From positions 12,205 to 76,204 of IMG/VR virus record IMGVR_UViG_3300028800_000076: 64,000 nt of DNA; one strand, 5' to 3'. Under the pieces are notes generated by a model. The model saw nothing but the letters and a program-made list of their open reading frames with translations, was not told where the DNA came from and did no database searches. Of this stretch, positions 9,204 through 18,920 are shown one piece after another. Both the position numbers and the translations under genes were made by a program. Numbering within the stretch: the first letter of the stretch is position 1; the number at the start of each line of letters is the position of its first letter. This DNA is from a virus.

Positions 9204-9628
9204 GATCTTTTCTCCAATGCAGCGATAGAACGCATGACATGAATGAGCGTTTCTGCTCGTTCTATCTGGCCCGCCCTCTTGGCTTCTCCAATCTCTTTGG
9301 AGAACTGTTTCTGTAGCAATCGCAGTGGGGGTCGCAGATAAGACAATCTCTGCGACCCCCTTCTCATCCCCCTTGATACCTGAGAGGAACGAACGCCGTG
9401 AGATGCACAGGTGTCTGCGTCGGCGTTTTCTGACGGCATAACCGTCAACACATCCAGCCACTGGGCTGTCAGTGTTCCTGCGGCCCGTTTAGCGATAGAC
9501 CGGGCCAGTTGCGGAGATGGTCGAAATTCAGGGTGAGCATCTGACGTATTTTTAATCGCACCTTCCACAGCGCGCAAGATGCGACGTTGCGATGGGGTAG
9601 CTCGTTTATAAAGCGAAACCATCGGCAA
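9200..9628 (-). CDS. hypothetical basic phage protein
   Basis: Fills the gap between pseB and the aminotransferase; has its own promoter. Confidence 0.55.
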   Translation of the reverse strand: MPMVSLYKRATPSQRRILRAVEGAIKNTSDAHPEFRPSPQLARSIAKRAAGTLTAQWLDVLTVMPSENADADTCASHGVRSSQVSRGMRRGSQRLSYLRPPLRLLQKQFSKEIGEAKRAGQIERAETLIHVMRSIAALEKRS

Positions 9629-9656
9629 AAGATAGCCCGAAATGGGTTAGTGTCAA
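9629..9656 (-). promoter_or_regulatory. promoter with operator in the spacer
   Basis: TTGACA-CTAACCCATTTCGGGC-TATCTT on the minus strand. Confidence 0.65.
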
Positions 9657-10507
9657 GTATCCTGGAGGGCCTGCCGTAACTCAGCCACGCTCATGCGCCG
9701 TGCCTTGTCGCTGCTGTTGCCCTTGGCCATGGATTCGTGGCGCTTCTCCCATGTCGGAAGCCCTGTGACACGCACCGGCACACCTAGCGCCTCCGCAAGA
9801 TCGCCCAGGCGGTAGGCTGGCAGTGTCGGGATGGCCAGTTCGCCACCCTTCATGGTTTGGATTGTGGATAGAACCAAGTCCACAGCCTCGGACATCCGCA
9901 TAAAGAATCTTGTGCATTCTAGATCGGTCACCGGAAGCACGGTCGCGCCCTTCGCAATCATGGCCCGCCACACGGGCACGACTGAGCCAGTCGAGTTCCA
10001 GACATTGCCATAACGGCAGGCAGCAAACCTGGGCCCCTTCCAGCCTGTGGTGTTGTTTGCGGCCAGGAAGATGCTCTCAGCCAGCGCCTTGGAGCAGCCA
10101 TAGGGGCTCACCGGCTCAAAGGCTTTGTCGCTGGAGAGCGCGACCACCTTCTTCACGCCAGCGTCTTGGGCTGCTTCGATCACGTTGATCGCGCCATCCA
10201 CATTGGTCTTGACCATTTCGACCGGATTATAATTACCGACCTCGATGCGCTTGAGGGCCGCAGCATGAACCACAACCTCGATACCTTCCATGGCCCGCCG
10301 TAGTCGGTCCCTGTCGCGTACATCTCCGATCATGAAACGAGTGATCTCAGAGCGGGCGCGAACCTTGAGTGCTTCAGCCTGTTGAAACTGTCGAAATTCC
10401 CCACGCGAGAAGACCACAATACGCTGGACGCTCAGGTCGAGCAGCAGCCGTCTCACAAAGGCGTCGCCAAAGGCTCCCGAGCCCCCCGTAATCAGCACGC
10501 TCTTCAT
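9653..10507 (-). CDS. pseB: UDP-GlcNAc 4,6-dehydratase (PseB/FlaA1 family)
   Basis: TGGSGAFG, IGDVRD, HAAALK, LSSDKA, YGCSK, RYGNV..STGSVVP. Confidence 0.88.
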   Translation of the reverse strand: MKSVLITGGSGAFGDAFVRRLLLDLSVQRIVVFSRGEFRQFQQAEALKVRARSEITRFMIGDVRDRDRLRRAMEGIEVVVHAAALKRIEVGNYNPVEMVKTNVDGAINVIEAAQDAGVKKVVALSSDKAFEPVSPYGCSKALAESIFLAANNTTGWKGPRFAACRYGNVWNSTGSVVPVWRAMIAKGATVLPVTDLECTRFFMRMSEAVDLVLSTIQTMKGGELAIPTLPAYRLGDLAEALGVPVRVTGLPTWEKRHESMAKGNSSDKARRMSVAELRQALQDT

Positions 10508-10761
10508 TTATTGGCTTTCTCCAGCAGAATATCGGCATGGCACGGCAGCGGTGAGCACCAGCACACCAAGTCCTTGCCCTTCAGATCATGTACCTCAGCG
10601 CAGACTAAGGCTTCGGAGAAGTGCTTGCGATACTTCTCGATGCATTCCTCGCGCGTGCCGTCCTTACCGACCACATAGGGGTTTCCCCACTTGGTTGGCC
10701 TGCCGACATAGACCGCGTTAGCAGGTCTATGCCTGTCCCGCATGTTCCAGACCTTAGGCAC
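10504..10761 (-). CDS. DUF4326 domain protein
   Basis: VYVGRPTKWGNPY...LKGKDLVCWCSPLPCHADIL. Confidence 0.85.
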   Translation of the reverse strand: MPKVWNMRDRHRPANAVYVGRPTKWGNPYVVGKDGTREECIEKYRKHFSEALVCAEVHDLKGKDLVCWCSPLPCHADILLEKANK

Positions 10762-11764
10762 TGATCATCTCCCAGGTTAGGGCTTGGCCGCGCTTAAGTC
10801 TCCGGATCGTGTGCTTGCCCAGAATTTTGGGAAGCTCTTTTGGGGGAAGTCCATAGGCCGGACGGATCGAGCGGACATTCTCATTGGTGAATATCTCTCC
10901 GGCCTCCATGTTCTCCACGACATAGAGCGAGCGGCGGAACTGCTTTGATGATTCTTGACTGGTTGGTGCCCTAGGCGTGTTTATCGCAGTCCAGGTATCG
11001 CGCACAGTCTTGCACATACCTTTGAATTCTTCGGGCTCCATGCTGAATTCAGCGTCCTCGATATCATCCTCACGCGAGACGCAAAAATGCTTCTCGATAA
11101 TAGATGCACCAAGCGCAGTCGCAGCAATAGGTATCTCCACGCCCACGGTATGGTCTGAAATTCCTGTCACAAAATGCGAACGTCCGATCTTTCTCAAATC
11201 GGCCTCAGCCACAGGCGTAGGATAGCCACTAATGCACGCTAGCGCCGTGGCATTATTTCCTGCCGCCACCATTGCGGCATCAATCTCCTCCTCAGAGGCC
11301 ATGCCAGTCGAGATAATGAGCGGCTTTCCTGTTCTGGCCACAGCCTTGATCAAAGGAATATCCACAATCTCCATGCTGGCTATCTTATAGGCTGGGCACT
11401 CCAAGCTCTCTAAAAGCTCAAGCCCGGTCTTATCAAAGACAGAGGAGAAAACTGTCTGGCCATATTGTTTGGCGAGATGGAAAATACTCTCTACCAAGCC
11501 GGGAGGTGTCTGGGCCTTGCGATAAAGTTCGTGAAGCTTGCGGCCCTTCCATGGGCCCTCCTTAATGATAAAGTCGGACCCATCACTATCAATTGTTAGA
11601 CTATCAGCGGTATAGCACTGAATTTTGACGGCATCTGCTCCTGCTCCAGCAGCTAGGCCCATCAGATAGGCTGCTTTCTCAAACGAGCCCTGATGATTGC
11701 CGCTAATCTCCGCAATCATATATGGAGGTTCGCCAGGACCAATCTTGCGGCCGTTAATGATCAC
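10754..11764 (-). CDS. pseI: nonulosonic acid synthase (PseI/NeuB family, C-terminal SAF domain)
   Basis: IAEISGNHQG, ADAVKIQ, KIASMEI, IISTGMA, GISDHT, IEKHF, FRRSLYV...RSIRPAYGL. Confidence 0.9.
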   Translation of the reverse strand: MIINGRKIGPGEPPYMIAEISGNHQGSFEKAAYLMGLAAGAGADAVKIQCYTADSLTIDSDGSDFIIKEGPWKGRKLHELYRKAQTPPGLVESIFHLAKQYGQTVFSSVFDKTGLELLESLECPAYKIASMEIVDIPLIKAVARTGKPLIISTGMASEEEIDAAMVAAGNNATALACISGYPTPVAEADLRKIGRSHFVTGISDHTVGVEIPIAATALGASIIEKHFCVSREDDIEDAEFSMEPEEFKGMCKTVRDTWTAINTPRAPTSQESSKQFRRSLYVVENMEAGEIFTNENVRSIRPAYGLPPKELPKILGKHTIRRLKRGQALTWEMISA

Positions 11765-11955
11765 GAAGGTATCTCTCCGAGTTTCATCATTTGATCGGCA
11801 ATGAACCGATCATTCTGATTAATTTGCCGCAATACAGTCCTTGTCTCTTCGGGGGCCTTCTCAAGCGCGATGCGCAAAAGCTCCATCCACAGCCCATTAT
11901 TGTGACGACGTGTCTCCTCTATGAGACCGATGGTTGTGTGTTGCGCAATGTTCAT
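11761..11955 (-). CDS. hypothetical protein
   Basis: ATGA overlaps at both ends. Confidence 0.65.
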   Translation of the reverse strand: MNIAQHTTIGLIEETRRHNNGLWMELLRIALEKAPEETRTVLRQINQNDRFIADQMMKLGEIPS

Positions 11956-13967
11956 GACACTCTCACGCTTGCAGTCGCCGCAATGGATGGCCCAACGATA
12001 TCACTCTTCACCTTGTCTTCGGCCACAGCCTTCTTGATCACACCCAGCGTCCGGTCATAGGCGTTTACGATGCGGCGCATGTCGGCTTCATTGTGGGCGT
12101 ACATGAAGTTGTGGCTGGCGATGATGAGCACGCCGTTCTTGATCATCTCCTGCATGTACAACGTCTTGATATCCTCAGCGGTGTTCATGCCAACGGCTAT
12201 GAAGTTCACGCGCGAGAAATAAGAACCCGTGATGCGCAGGCAGTGGATGCCGTGCTTTTCCTGCATGAAGGAGACCAGCGTGGAAATCTCGCGGTTCTTC
12301 GCCATCAGCGCATCATGCACGGGCTCACGCTCCATCTTCTCGATAACTGCGAGCGAGGCGGCGAGCGAGAGCGTCTCGCCAAAGAACGTGCCGCTGAAGC
12401 AGACCTGATCCATCAGCTTCATGTACTTTTTCTTACCGACCAGGGCGCTGATCGGCATGCCGTTGCCCATGGCCTTGCCGAAGGTGGCCAGATCAGGGGT
12501 AACCCCCCAGACTTTCTGCGCTCCCCCCAGGCCAAACCGGAATCCCGTGATGATCTCATCAAAGATCAGCAGCGTGCCAGTGAGATTACAGAGAACGCGC
12601 AATCTTGCGAGGAATTCTGGATCGGTCTCCGGCTCCACAATGACGCAGGCAAAGCGCTTGGTGACCAAAGCCTTCTCGGCAAACGTGATATCGCCATGCC
12701 GCATGACGGTGGTGAAGTCGCGGATGCCTTCGGGCACGCCGATGTTGCGCACCGGGTCCCGCGCGATGGCCCAGTCCATCCAGCCGTGATAGCCCGCACT
12801 CAGAATATGGTCGCGGCCGGTCATGGCCCTGGCAAGCCTCACCGCAGCGCTGGTGACATCCGTGCCGTTCTTGCCAAAGCGCGCCATCTCAGCGCATGGA
12901 ATGTAACGATTCAGCTTCTCGGCCAGCTTATGCTCTAGATCGGTGGCGAGACTAAAGCTGATCCCACGATCAAGCTGCATACGGATAGCACGATCAACAT
13001 CAGGGTCCCGATGACCCAGAATAACTGGGAGCAAACCACCCACAAGGTCGACATAATCGTTCCCATCAACGTCATAGACGTGTCCTCCGCTGCCGTGTGT
13101 GACAAATAAGGGCGACTCCACGGGATACTGGAGCTTGCTCTTGGAGTAGGTCTGCGTACCCAGCGGAATGAGGCGCTCCGTGACGCCCAGCATGGCATGG
13201 GAGACCGTGTGCTCGCGCTTCACCGGCTCCTCAACCACAAGCTCATCCCAGAAGCGCTCATTGCGCGGATGATACTTGTTGAGATTGCGATACTCTGGGT
13301 TCTTATCCAGAAAGCGTTTGATGCCCAGATACGAGAAATCCAGGCACTTTTCAGCCAGTATCTGACACAGATGATAGTCATCCTGGGTGTCGAGCACCCA
13401 TCGCTCCTTGTGCATGTCCGGAAGCGGGCAAGTCAGGTTCACGATCTTGTAGCGCATCCTGTTACGCAGGATGTATTGCGTCACGGTGTTGCGATCAGAG
13501 GGTCTGGTGGCCTTTTCGTTGGCCTCCTTGAGTGCCTTAACCGTCATCACCTCGCAGTCGAGTCCGTCAGGCCATGTCGGCGGGTCGATATTGGAGGCGT
13601 AGTCGGCTCCTGTGGCCTCTCGTAGGGCCGCAACCTCGCCCACAACGCGCGGATCAATAAAGGGGCAATCCCCTGTCAGACGAATTACAACATCCGCCTC
13701 CGCAGCGATGGCTGCTCCTGTAAATCTAGACAAAACATCAGTCTCGCTACCCCTGAAACACTTAATGCTTTTCTTTTTGCACCACTCTTCAATTACATTG
13801 TCTTGTTCGAGAGTGCTGGTGGCTATCCACACCTCGTTGACGCCGGGAATGCTATATGCAGACCCCGTTACCCAATCTAAAACAACACCCCCGCCAAGGG
13901 ACATCAACACTTTCCCCCTCAGACGAGTGCTGCCAATCCTTGCAATGACAATCGCAACCGTTTTCAC
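11952..13967 (-). CDS. SpsF/KdsB-like cytidylyltransferase fused to a class III (GSA-AT-like) aminotransferase
   Basis: N-half: ARIGSTRLRGKVL, RGSETDVLSRF, RLTGDCP. C-half: DVDGNDYVD, KNGTDVT, LIFDEIITGFR, FGKAMGNG. Confidence 0.9.
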   Translation of the reverse strand: MKTVAIVIARIGSTRLRGKVLMSLGGGVVLDWVTGSAYSIPGVNEVWIATSTLEQDNVIEEWCKKKSIKCFRGSETDVLSRFTGAAIAAEADVVIRLTGDCPFIDPRVVGEVAALREATGADYASNIDPPTWPDGLDCEVMTVKALKEANEKATRPSDRNTVTQYILRNRMRYKIVNLTCPLPDMHKERWVLDTQDDYHLCQILAEKCLDFSYLGIKRFLDKNPEYRNLNKYHPRNERFWDELVVEEPVKREHTVSHAMLGVTERLIPLGTQTYSKSKLQYPVESPLFVTHGSGGHVYDVDGNDYVDLVGGLLPVILGHRDPDVDRAIRMQLDRGISFSLATDLEHKLAEKLNRYIPCAEMARFGKNGTDVTSAAVRLARAMTGRDHILSAGYHGWMDWAIARDPVRNIGVPEGIRDFTTVMRHGDITFAEKALVTKRFACVIVEPETDPEFLARLRVLCNLTGTLLIFDEIITGFRFGLGGAQKVWGVTPDLATFGKAMGNGMPISALVGKKKYMKLMDQVCFSGTFFGETLSLAASLAVIEKMEREPVHDALMAKNREISTLVSFMQEKHGIHCLRITGSYFSRVNFIAVGMNTAEDIKTLYMQEMIKNGVLIIASHNFMYAHNEADMRRIVNAYDRTLGVIKKAVAEDKVKSDIVGPSIAATASVRVS

Positions 13968-14593
13968 TAGATTTTTCCCTCTAAAAGAGCCGTGACAGCT
14001 TGTTGTCCCGAGAGACCGAGTATTGATGTGAGCTTTTTGAGCTTGGCATAGCTCAATCCAAGTCTTTGGGAGGCGACTTTCATCGGAACCATTTCTTCTT
14101 CAATGGCAATCCATTGTGTCCAATTCCGATTTATCGACTGCGTATACTCATCAGCCCAACGCACATTCCCTGGTTCATAATTTCCGTTTGGGTCTACCCG
14201 GTCTAATTCTAGTTTTTCTGGGCATTCTCCCATATAATTAAGAAAATTTTCAAACTTCATCCACGGCTCATAAATCGTAATGCCTCGTCCGTGGTAGTTT
14301 GGATAATCCTTACAATTTGGATTTGTGCAGCGCTCTATCATCTTAGCCCAGGATTTATATGTTCTGGACATTCTTCCTCGTCGAGAATGGCCATGTATTA
14401 CACGAGCCGATCCGTCCAACTTGAGGCATCCACATGATTTTGTATGGCCTCTATTCAGCAGTTTTCCCATAGCGATATGGGGCTTACCGCAGTCACAAGA
14501 ACAAAGCCACGCAGATCGGCCTTCGACATTCTTCCACCGCTCTATAACCGTTAAACGGCCGAATCTCATCCCAGCCAACCGCAGCGCCCTCAC
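13967..14593 (-). CDS. free-standing HNH homing endonuclease
   Basis: RFGRLTV...WLCSCDCG...SCGC, RGITI, LDRVDPNGNYEPGNVRWA; AT-rich; GTG start overlaps the upstream stop. Confidence 0.85.
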   Translation of the reverse strand: MRALRLAGMRFGRLTVIERWKNVEGRSAWLCSCDCGKPHIAMGKLLNRGHTKSCGCLKLDGSARVIHGHSRRGRMSRTYKSWAKMIERCTNPNCKDYPNYHGRGITIYEPWMKFENFLNYMGECPEKLELDRVDPNGNYEPGNVRWADEYTQSINRNWTQWIAIEEEMVPMKVASQRLGLSYAKLKKLTSILGLSGQQAVTALLEGKI

Positions 14594-15459
14594 CGATATC
14601 CTCCCATTTCGCGCACCTTCAGACATATCTCCAGCACGTCCAGGGCCTCCTGTCCCGTGCACCCGATTGTCTCCTTGCCATCGATCCTATCGATAAAGGC
14701 CTGCATCTCGTCCTTGTAGTCCTGATCGTAGCTGCCTTCGGTGTCCCAGTAATGAAGAGCGCCTTCTTCAGCTTCTGGGACATGCAATGTAGCTCTGCGC
14801 TCCGGCAGATTTACTTCGATCCAGCCTCCTGGGCCGCCAATGGCGAAGCCGCGCCGCTCTGGCTTCGTCACATAATCCAGGTGGATGTGGCTGATGACGG
14901 AGCGCTGATGCGACAACAGAATATCGGCCGCATCGTCATGCTCGCCACCGCTTACGGCCGCCGAGTGAACCTTCGCAGGGCCCAACAGATAAAGGGCAAG
15001 ATCAATCTCGTGGCTCCAGTTCAAGACTACGCCATCACGTAGATACTGCGGCTTATCGTTATACTGAGCACAGCAGAATGTAGCCCATGTGGGAGAGCCT
15101 ATAAGCCCACCATCCAGCCATGCCTTGGCTTGCTTTACCGCGCTATTAAAGCGCTGGTTATAGCCGCACATCAATGGATAGGATTTGCCTCCAAGGATAA
15201 TCAGTTGATCCATAGTCGCGGCTATGGGCTTCTCTACAAAAACAGGCTTATCCCTTGCCATAAGCAAGTGAGCGAAATGGTGGGTTGTCGGACTTGCAAT
15301 AACCACAGCATCAGACTTCTCGATCAACTCTTGCTCTGACTCAACAGAGCGCCCCATGCTGTCATCCGGATCGTAGACATAAATGGTATGCCCAAGCTCA
15401 AGAAGATTATGAGCATGCCGCCTGCCAATCGACCCAAAGCCAATGATACCAACCTTCAC
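14590..15459 (-). CDS. Gfo/Idh/MocA NAD(P)-dependent oxidoreductase
   Basis: GIIGFGSIGRRH, IASPT..H, VFVEKPI, GYNQRF, SHEID. Confidence 0.9.
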   Translation of the reverse strand: MKVGIIGFGSIGRRHAHNLLELGHTIYVYDPDDSMGRSVESEQELIEKSDAVVIASPTTHHFAHLLMARDKPVFVEKPIAATMDQLIILGGKSYPLMCGYNQRFNSAVKQAKAWLDGGLIGSPTWATFCCAQYNDKPQYLRDGVVLNWSHEIDLALYLLGPAKVHSAAVSGGEHDDAADILLSHQRSVISHIHLDYVTKPERRGFAIGGPGGWIEVNLPERRATLHVPEAEEGALHYWDTEGSYDQDYKDEMQAFIDRIDGKETIGCTGQEALDVLEICLKVREMGGYR

Positions 15460-16088
15460 GACTCCCTCCTCGGCCAGCCGCGCGTTAGGTCCTTGCGCAG
15501 CGTAAAGACACCCTCGCGGCCTTCGCCCTTGCCGAAGATCACAAACTGCTCCAGCAGGTACGCAGGATTGGCGAGCCACAGATTGTGGTATGGCATCTTG
15601 TATGTGGTGATGCGGGAGTCGTGGGCGTAGTCCTTGGTGTGCGGCTCCTCTGGCATAAAGTCGTGGATAACCAGAACGCCTTTATCTTCGAGCACGCGAT
15701 CCACCTCGGAGACGATCCTGAACAGGTCCTCGCGGTCCACCAGATAGAGAAAAAAGCCCAGGACCACGAGATCGAAGCTACCTGGGCCGTAGCCCAGCAC
15801 ATCAGCGCTGCCGACACGCAGGCCTAGCTCACGATAGCGCCTGCGGCCCTCCTCAATGGCATCCCAGGATAGGTCGCATCCCTTACAGGATTCGGGTCCA
15901 TAGCGGGTGTGTAGCTCATCGAGCCGCCAGCCATTGCCGCAAGCCACCTCCAGAATGTTCTTGGGCTTGATGCGGTCGTTGGAGAAGATTTCCCTGAGCA
16001 CAGGATCATCAACGCGCGACTTTCCACGGTTACGCTTATGCCAATTGTTACCTTCCGACTCTCTAACGATTTCCGATTGCTTGCCCAC
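15456..16088 (-). CDS. class I SAM-dependent methyltransferase
   Basis: ILEVACGNG motif I, GCDLS, FDLVVLGF, VLVIHDF. Confidence 0.85.
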   Translation of the reverse strand: MGKQSEIVRESEGNNWHKRNRGKSRVDDPVLREIFSNDRIKPKNILEVACGNGWRLDELHTRYGPESCKGCDLSWDAIEEGRRRYRELGLRVGSADVLGYGPGSFDLVVLGFFLYLVDREDLFRIVSEVDRVLEDKGVLVIHDFMPEEPHTKDYAHDSRITTYKMPYHNLWLANPAYLLEQFVIFGKGEGREGVFTLRKDLTRGWPRRES

Positions 16089-16644
16089 GGCTGATCCTCC
16101 CCATGTCTTCCACGAACTCCACAGGGGTTTTCCATCCGGCCGGGAGCACTATCTTTTCTCGATCTTTAACCCGGTGCAAGGTGCCTTTACCCTCTTGTTT
16201 AATCGCCGGTATCTCTTTCCCTGCCACAATCCAGGACCAAACAGACTCAAGGGCAAAAAGGGCGTGATCCTGGAGGTGCCGATAGCTGCTTTCGAGGGTT
16301 TCTTTTTCAGGGTTGAGGAACCTAACCTTGAGTTGGAGCGCGATATCACCTGTGTCCAGACCTTCATCGATGTGGTGGACTGTTACGCCTTTGGGGGTGT
16401 CATCGAACCAGGACCATAGGTTGCAATCTGCCCCGCGATTCCACGGGAGCAATGACCAATGGACATTAAAAATACGGCCGCGATACTTCTCGATCACCTC
16501 CGGCTTGATGATGTGCCTGTGGCCATAGCTGATCACGTAGTCGCAATCAACGAAGGGCTGGTTATGGGCCTGCGTGAGAATAGTGTGATCCTTGAAGATA
16601 TGCTGGATCAGGTCTGGTCTTGTGGTGAGGAGCATGACCTTCAT
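16063..16644 (-). CDS. N10-formyl-THF-dependent formyltransferase (sugar N-formyltransferase type)
   Basis: NVHWSLLPWNRG, GVTVHHIDEGLDTGDI. Confidence 0.88.
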   Translation of the reverse strand: MKVMLLTTRPDLIQHIFKDHTILTQAHNQPFVDCDYVISYGHRHIIKPEVIEKYRGRIFNVHWSLLPWNRGADCNLWSWFDDTPKGVTVHHIDEGLDTGDIALQLKVRFLNPEKETLESSYRHLQDHALFALESVWSWIVAGKEIPAIKQEGKGTLHRVKDREKIVLPAGWKTPVEFVEDMGRISRGQAIGNR

Positions 16645-17204
16645 GGGAAGAACTTTGCAAAGTGGACGAGAGCGATAGGTCTGCCGTTCTCGGACAGGAA
16701 GTGGTCATAGCGCACGCCATCCGGCTGCATGCCAGCAGCCAGCGCTAGCCTCACCATGGCGCGGTTTGATGTGTAGCACCCAGCCTCGATCTTGTGCATG
16801 TGGCACTGCTTTTCGAGAAAGGTCATGACTGCGGACCATGCCTCACGGCCTACGCCCTGGCCCCAATGCTCCTTGCCAATAAGGATGCCCATATTGGCGA
16901 TGCGGTTATGCTCATCGATGTGGGCTGAGATAGTCCCTATATCGAAACGGCCTTGATGTTTGATAAGCCAGATGTGCGAGTTGGCCGGAAAGCTATTGAG
17001 GTAATTATGCTGGCTTTCCTCTGTGTGCTTGCTATGCCGCTGTTCGGAGTATCGGACATTCTCTGGATCATTCAGCCATGCCACCTGGGTGGCAGTCACG
17101 AGGCTGGCACGGTGTGGCTCCAGTGTGAGCCGCTCAGTGGCTAATGTAGCTCGTCGGGGAGCGTCCCGCTGTCCAGACTTCGAAACCCCTTTTGCTTTAG
17201 CCAT
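16641..17204 (-). CDS. RimJ/RimL-type GNAT N-acyltransferase (PseH-like)
   Basis: TERLTL, WLNDPENVRY, GILIGKEHWGQGVG, NRAMVRL. Confidence 0.85.
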   Translation of the reverse strand: MAKAKGVSKSGQRDAPRRATLATERLTLEPHRASLVTATQVAWLNDPENVRYSEQRHSKHTEESQHNYLNSFPANSHIWLIKHQGRFDIGTISAHIDEHNRIANMGILIGKEHWGQGVGREAWSAVMTFLEKQCHMHKIEAGCYTSNRAMVRLALAAGMQPDGVRYDHFLSENGRPIALVHFAKFFP

Positions 17205-17428
17205 TCACGCGATTCCATCCGGACTTTGAGAGGCAGAGACAGGCACGCCGTAATGGCCTTGTGCATGCCGATCTCAGCCGTTTTATGATCAGTGGGGCCG
17301 GGATAGCCTGGGTTATGCTTCTTCTGAAAAGCAATAACCCGGTCTACATCCTTCGACATGAGGACTTCATCGCGCTCCTTCGTGAAGGCCGCGATGGCTT
17401 CCTCAAGGTCGATCTGCTTCTCGGTCAT
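17141..17428 (-). CDS. hypothetical protein
   Basis: TAATG coupling to the vWA gene. Confidence 0.55.
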   Translation of the reverse strand: MTEKQIDLEEAIAAFTKERDEVLMSKDVDRVIAFQKKHNPGYPGPTDHKTAEIGMHKAITACLSLPLKVRMESREWLKQKGFRSLDSGTLPDELH

Positions 17429-18033
17429 TACTGCTTCAGCTTCTGTTTCTCTTCGTCTGTGAAGGCCATCGCCTGACCAGTCGCACCATAGGTGCCGCGC
17501 TTGCTGGCCATAGTCGATAGGGTTGCTCCATAATTTCGCACGGAGGACTGCACAGTGCTGGCAGCAAGGTTGCCGTAGCTTGCGGCTTGCCCCGCATTAT
17601 CGAAGTTTGCGCCCAGGAAGATCACCTGCCAGTTCTTGGCGCGGCATGCATCGAGCAGCTTCTTCGCCTGCTCCACCGAGAGTTCGCGACTGTTATTCTC
17701 GTGGCCATCCGTCATGATGATAATGGCCACCTTGTCGTAGCCGCCTGCGTTGGCGAGGGCGACGATCTTGCCGGTGGCGTCATTCAGCGGGGTCATACCG
17801 CGAGGCGGGGCCTCGGTCGGATCGACTGCTTTCCAGGTTTGCGGCGTGATGCGGTCCCGCAGAATCTGGAAGTCCAGTTTCCCGCTTTCGCTATCAAAGA
17901 CGGCCAGCGTCACGCCGGTATCCACTTTGTCTTCGGCCAGCTTCTTGACGTAGGTATTCACCGAGTTGATGGCCTCAGTCCACTGAGCTTCCATGGAGCC
18001 TGAGCGGTCGAGAAGGATGAAATCATGTTGCAT
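17428..18033 (-). CDS. vWA domain protein
   Basis: LLDRSGSM, GMTPLNDA, IMTDGHEN, FLGAN. Confidence 0.9.
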   Translation of the reverse strand: MQHDFILLDRSGSMEAQWTEAINSVNTYVKKLAEDKVDTGVTLAVFDSESGKLDFQILRDRITPQTWKAVDPTEAPPRGMTPLNDATGKIVALANAGGYDKVAIIIMTDGHENNSRELSVEQAKKLLDACRAKNWQVIFLGANFDNAGQAASYGNLAASTVQSSVRNYGATLSTMASKRGTYGATGQAMAFTDEEKQKLKQ

Positions 18034-18034
18034 T

Positions 18035-18229
18035 TTACTTTGCTCCTTTTGAGCGTTTGGTCGTGGTGACCGGAATGGTTTCCTTGATGTGCCGCAGCAA
18101 CTCGAAGGTGAGTTGGCACAACATCAGGATGGTATGGGCATCCGGGCTGTAACCCCCAAGGCCCTGCCGGGTGGATATCTCCTTGTGCAGGATCAGTTCG
18201 TAGCGTTCGCAGTCCTCGCGTGACAGCAC
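18035..18229 (-). CDS. hypothetical protein
   Basis: Tightly packed in the operon. Confidence 0.5.
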   Translation of the reverse strand: MLSREDCERYELILHKEISTRQGLGGYSPDAHTILMLCQLTFELLRHIKETIPVTTTKRSKGAK

Positions 18230-18582
18230 TAGGCCTTCTCCATCGGATGCTCGCGCTGCATGTCAATGGCGCGCTGGAACCAGCTTACGACGGTCTGCTG
18301 GTCGGTGAGATTATTATGATTCACAATATCCCAACGGGGATCATGACTGCCCTTTAATCCCTGTGGGACGGCGGCATGAAGCGCAAGAATATGTGGGTCG
18401 CATAATTCTAGGTTGTTGGCCCCAAGAATTCCTCTCACGGCATCCAAAGCACCCAGGGCACAGTGAGCATACCCACCCTCTTTACGAGGGGTTTTCCGAA
18501 CATGCTTTGCGTAACCGCCCGGGCGCGCGATCAGGTCTCGCGCCTTCTCCAAATTCTCCACCACTCTCGTCACATCAACCAT
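18229..18582 (-). CDS. DUF6197-like protein (paralog 1)
   Basis: LEKARDLI...HCALGAL...HNN...VVSWFQRAI. Confidence 0.65.
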   Translation of the reverse strand: MVDVTRVVENLEKARDLIARPGGYAKHVRKTPRKEGGYAHCALGALDAVRGILGANNLELCDPHILALHAAVPQGLKGSHDPRWDIVNHNNLTDQQTVVSWFQRAIDMQREHPMEKA

Positions 18583-18649
18583 GATCTTCCTCCAGTTTCA
18601 GTAGTTGCTTGGCCAGCGACTGCACTTCGGCTTGTCGATGGTTCGGTAC

Positions 18650-18901
18650 TCAAGACGCTGCATTAGAATACCTCTTATAGGTATGCCAGTTCATGCGGAT
18701 GCAAACCAGATTTGCGGCCGCAAGGCCCAGATTGATGATGCCCAGCACCTCGGTGAATGCTCCCATATGCAGCGGGCCAAGGCAGAGATACGCCACATAA
18801 AAGCAGAAGGCTGCTACCAAAAAGTGCAGCACCATCAATACTATGGCCATGTTTCTAAGGGACACGACGAGCCTCCACGCTCGGTTGATGTGGCCCATCA
18901 T
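18650..18901 (-). CDS. small membrane protein
   Basis: Two hydrophobic segments; first ORF after TTGACA at 18926. Confidence 0.45.
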   Translation of the reverse strand: MMGHINRAWRLVVSLRNMAIVLMVLHFLVAAFCFYVAYLCLGPLHMGAFTEVLGIINLGLAAANLVCIRMNWHTYKRYSNAAS

Positions 18902-18920
18902 GTGTCACTTGGAATGCAGT

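Noticed and set aside
11952-13200. hemL (heme biosynthesis) auxiliary gene
   Set aside because: The GSA-AT-like domain is fused to a sugar cytidylyltransferase inside a sugar cluster.
16063-16644. fmt/purN
   Set aside because: Lacks the Fmt C-terminal domain; context points to a sugar N-formyltransferase.
8049-17204. Host O-antigen/capsule locus flanking a prophage
   Set aside because: Lies between terS and terL, is interleaved with phage ORFs, and lacks wzx/wzy/ABC export and GT2/GT4 genes.
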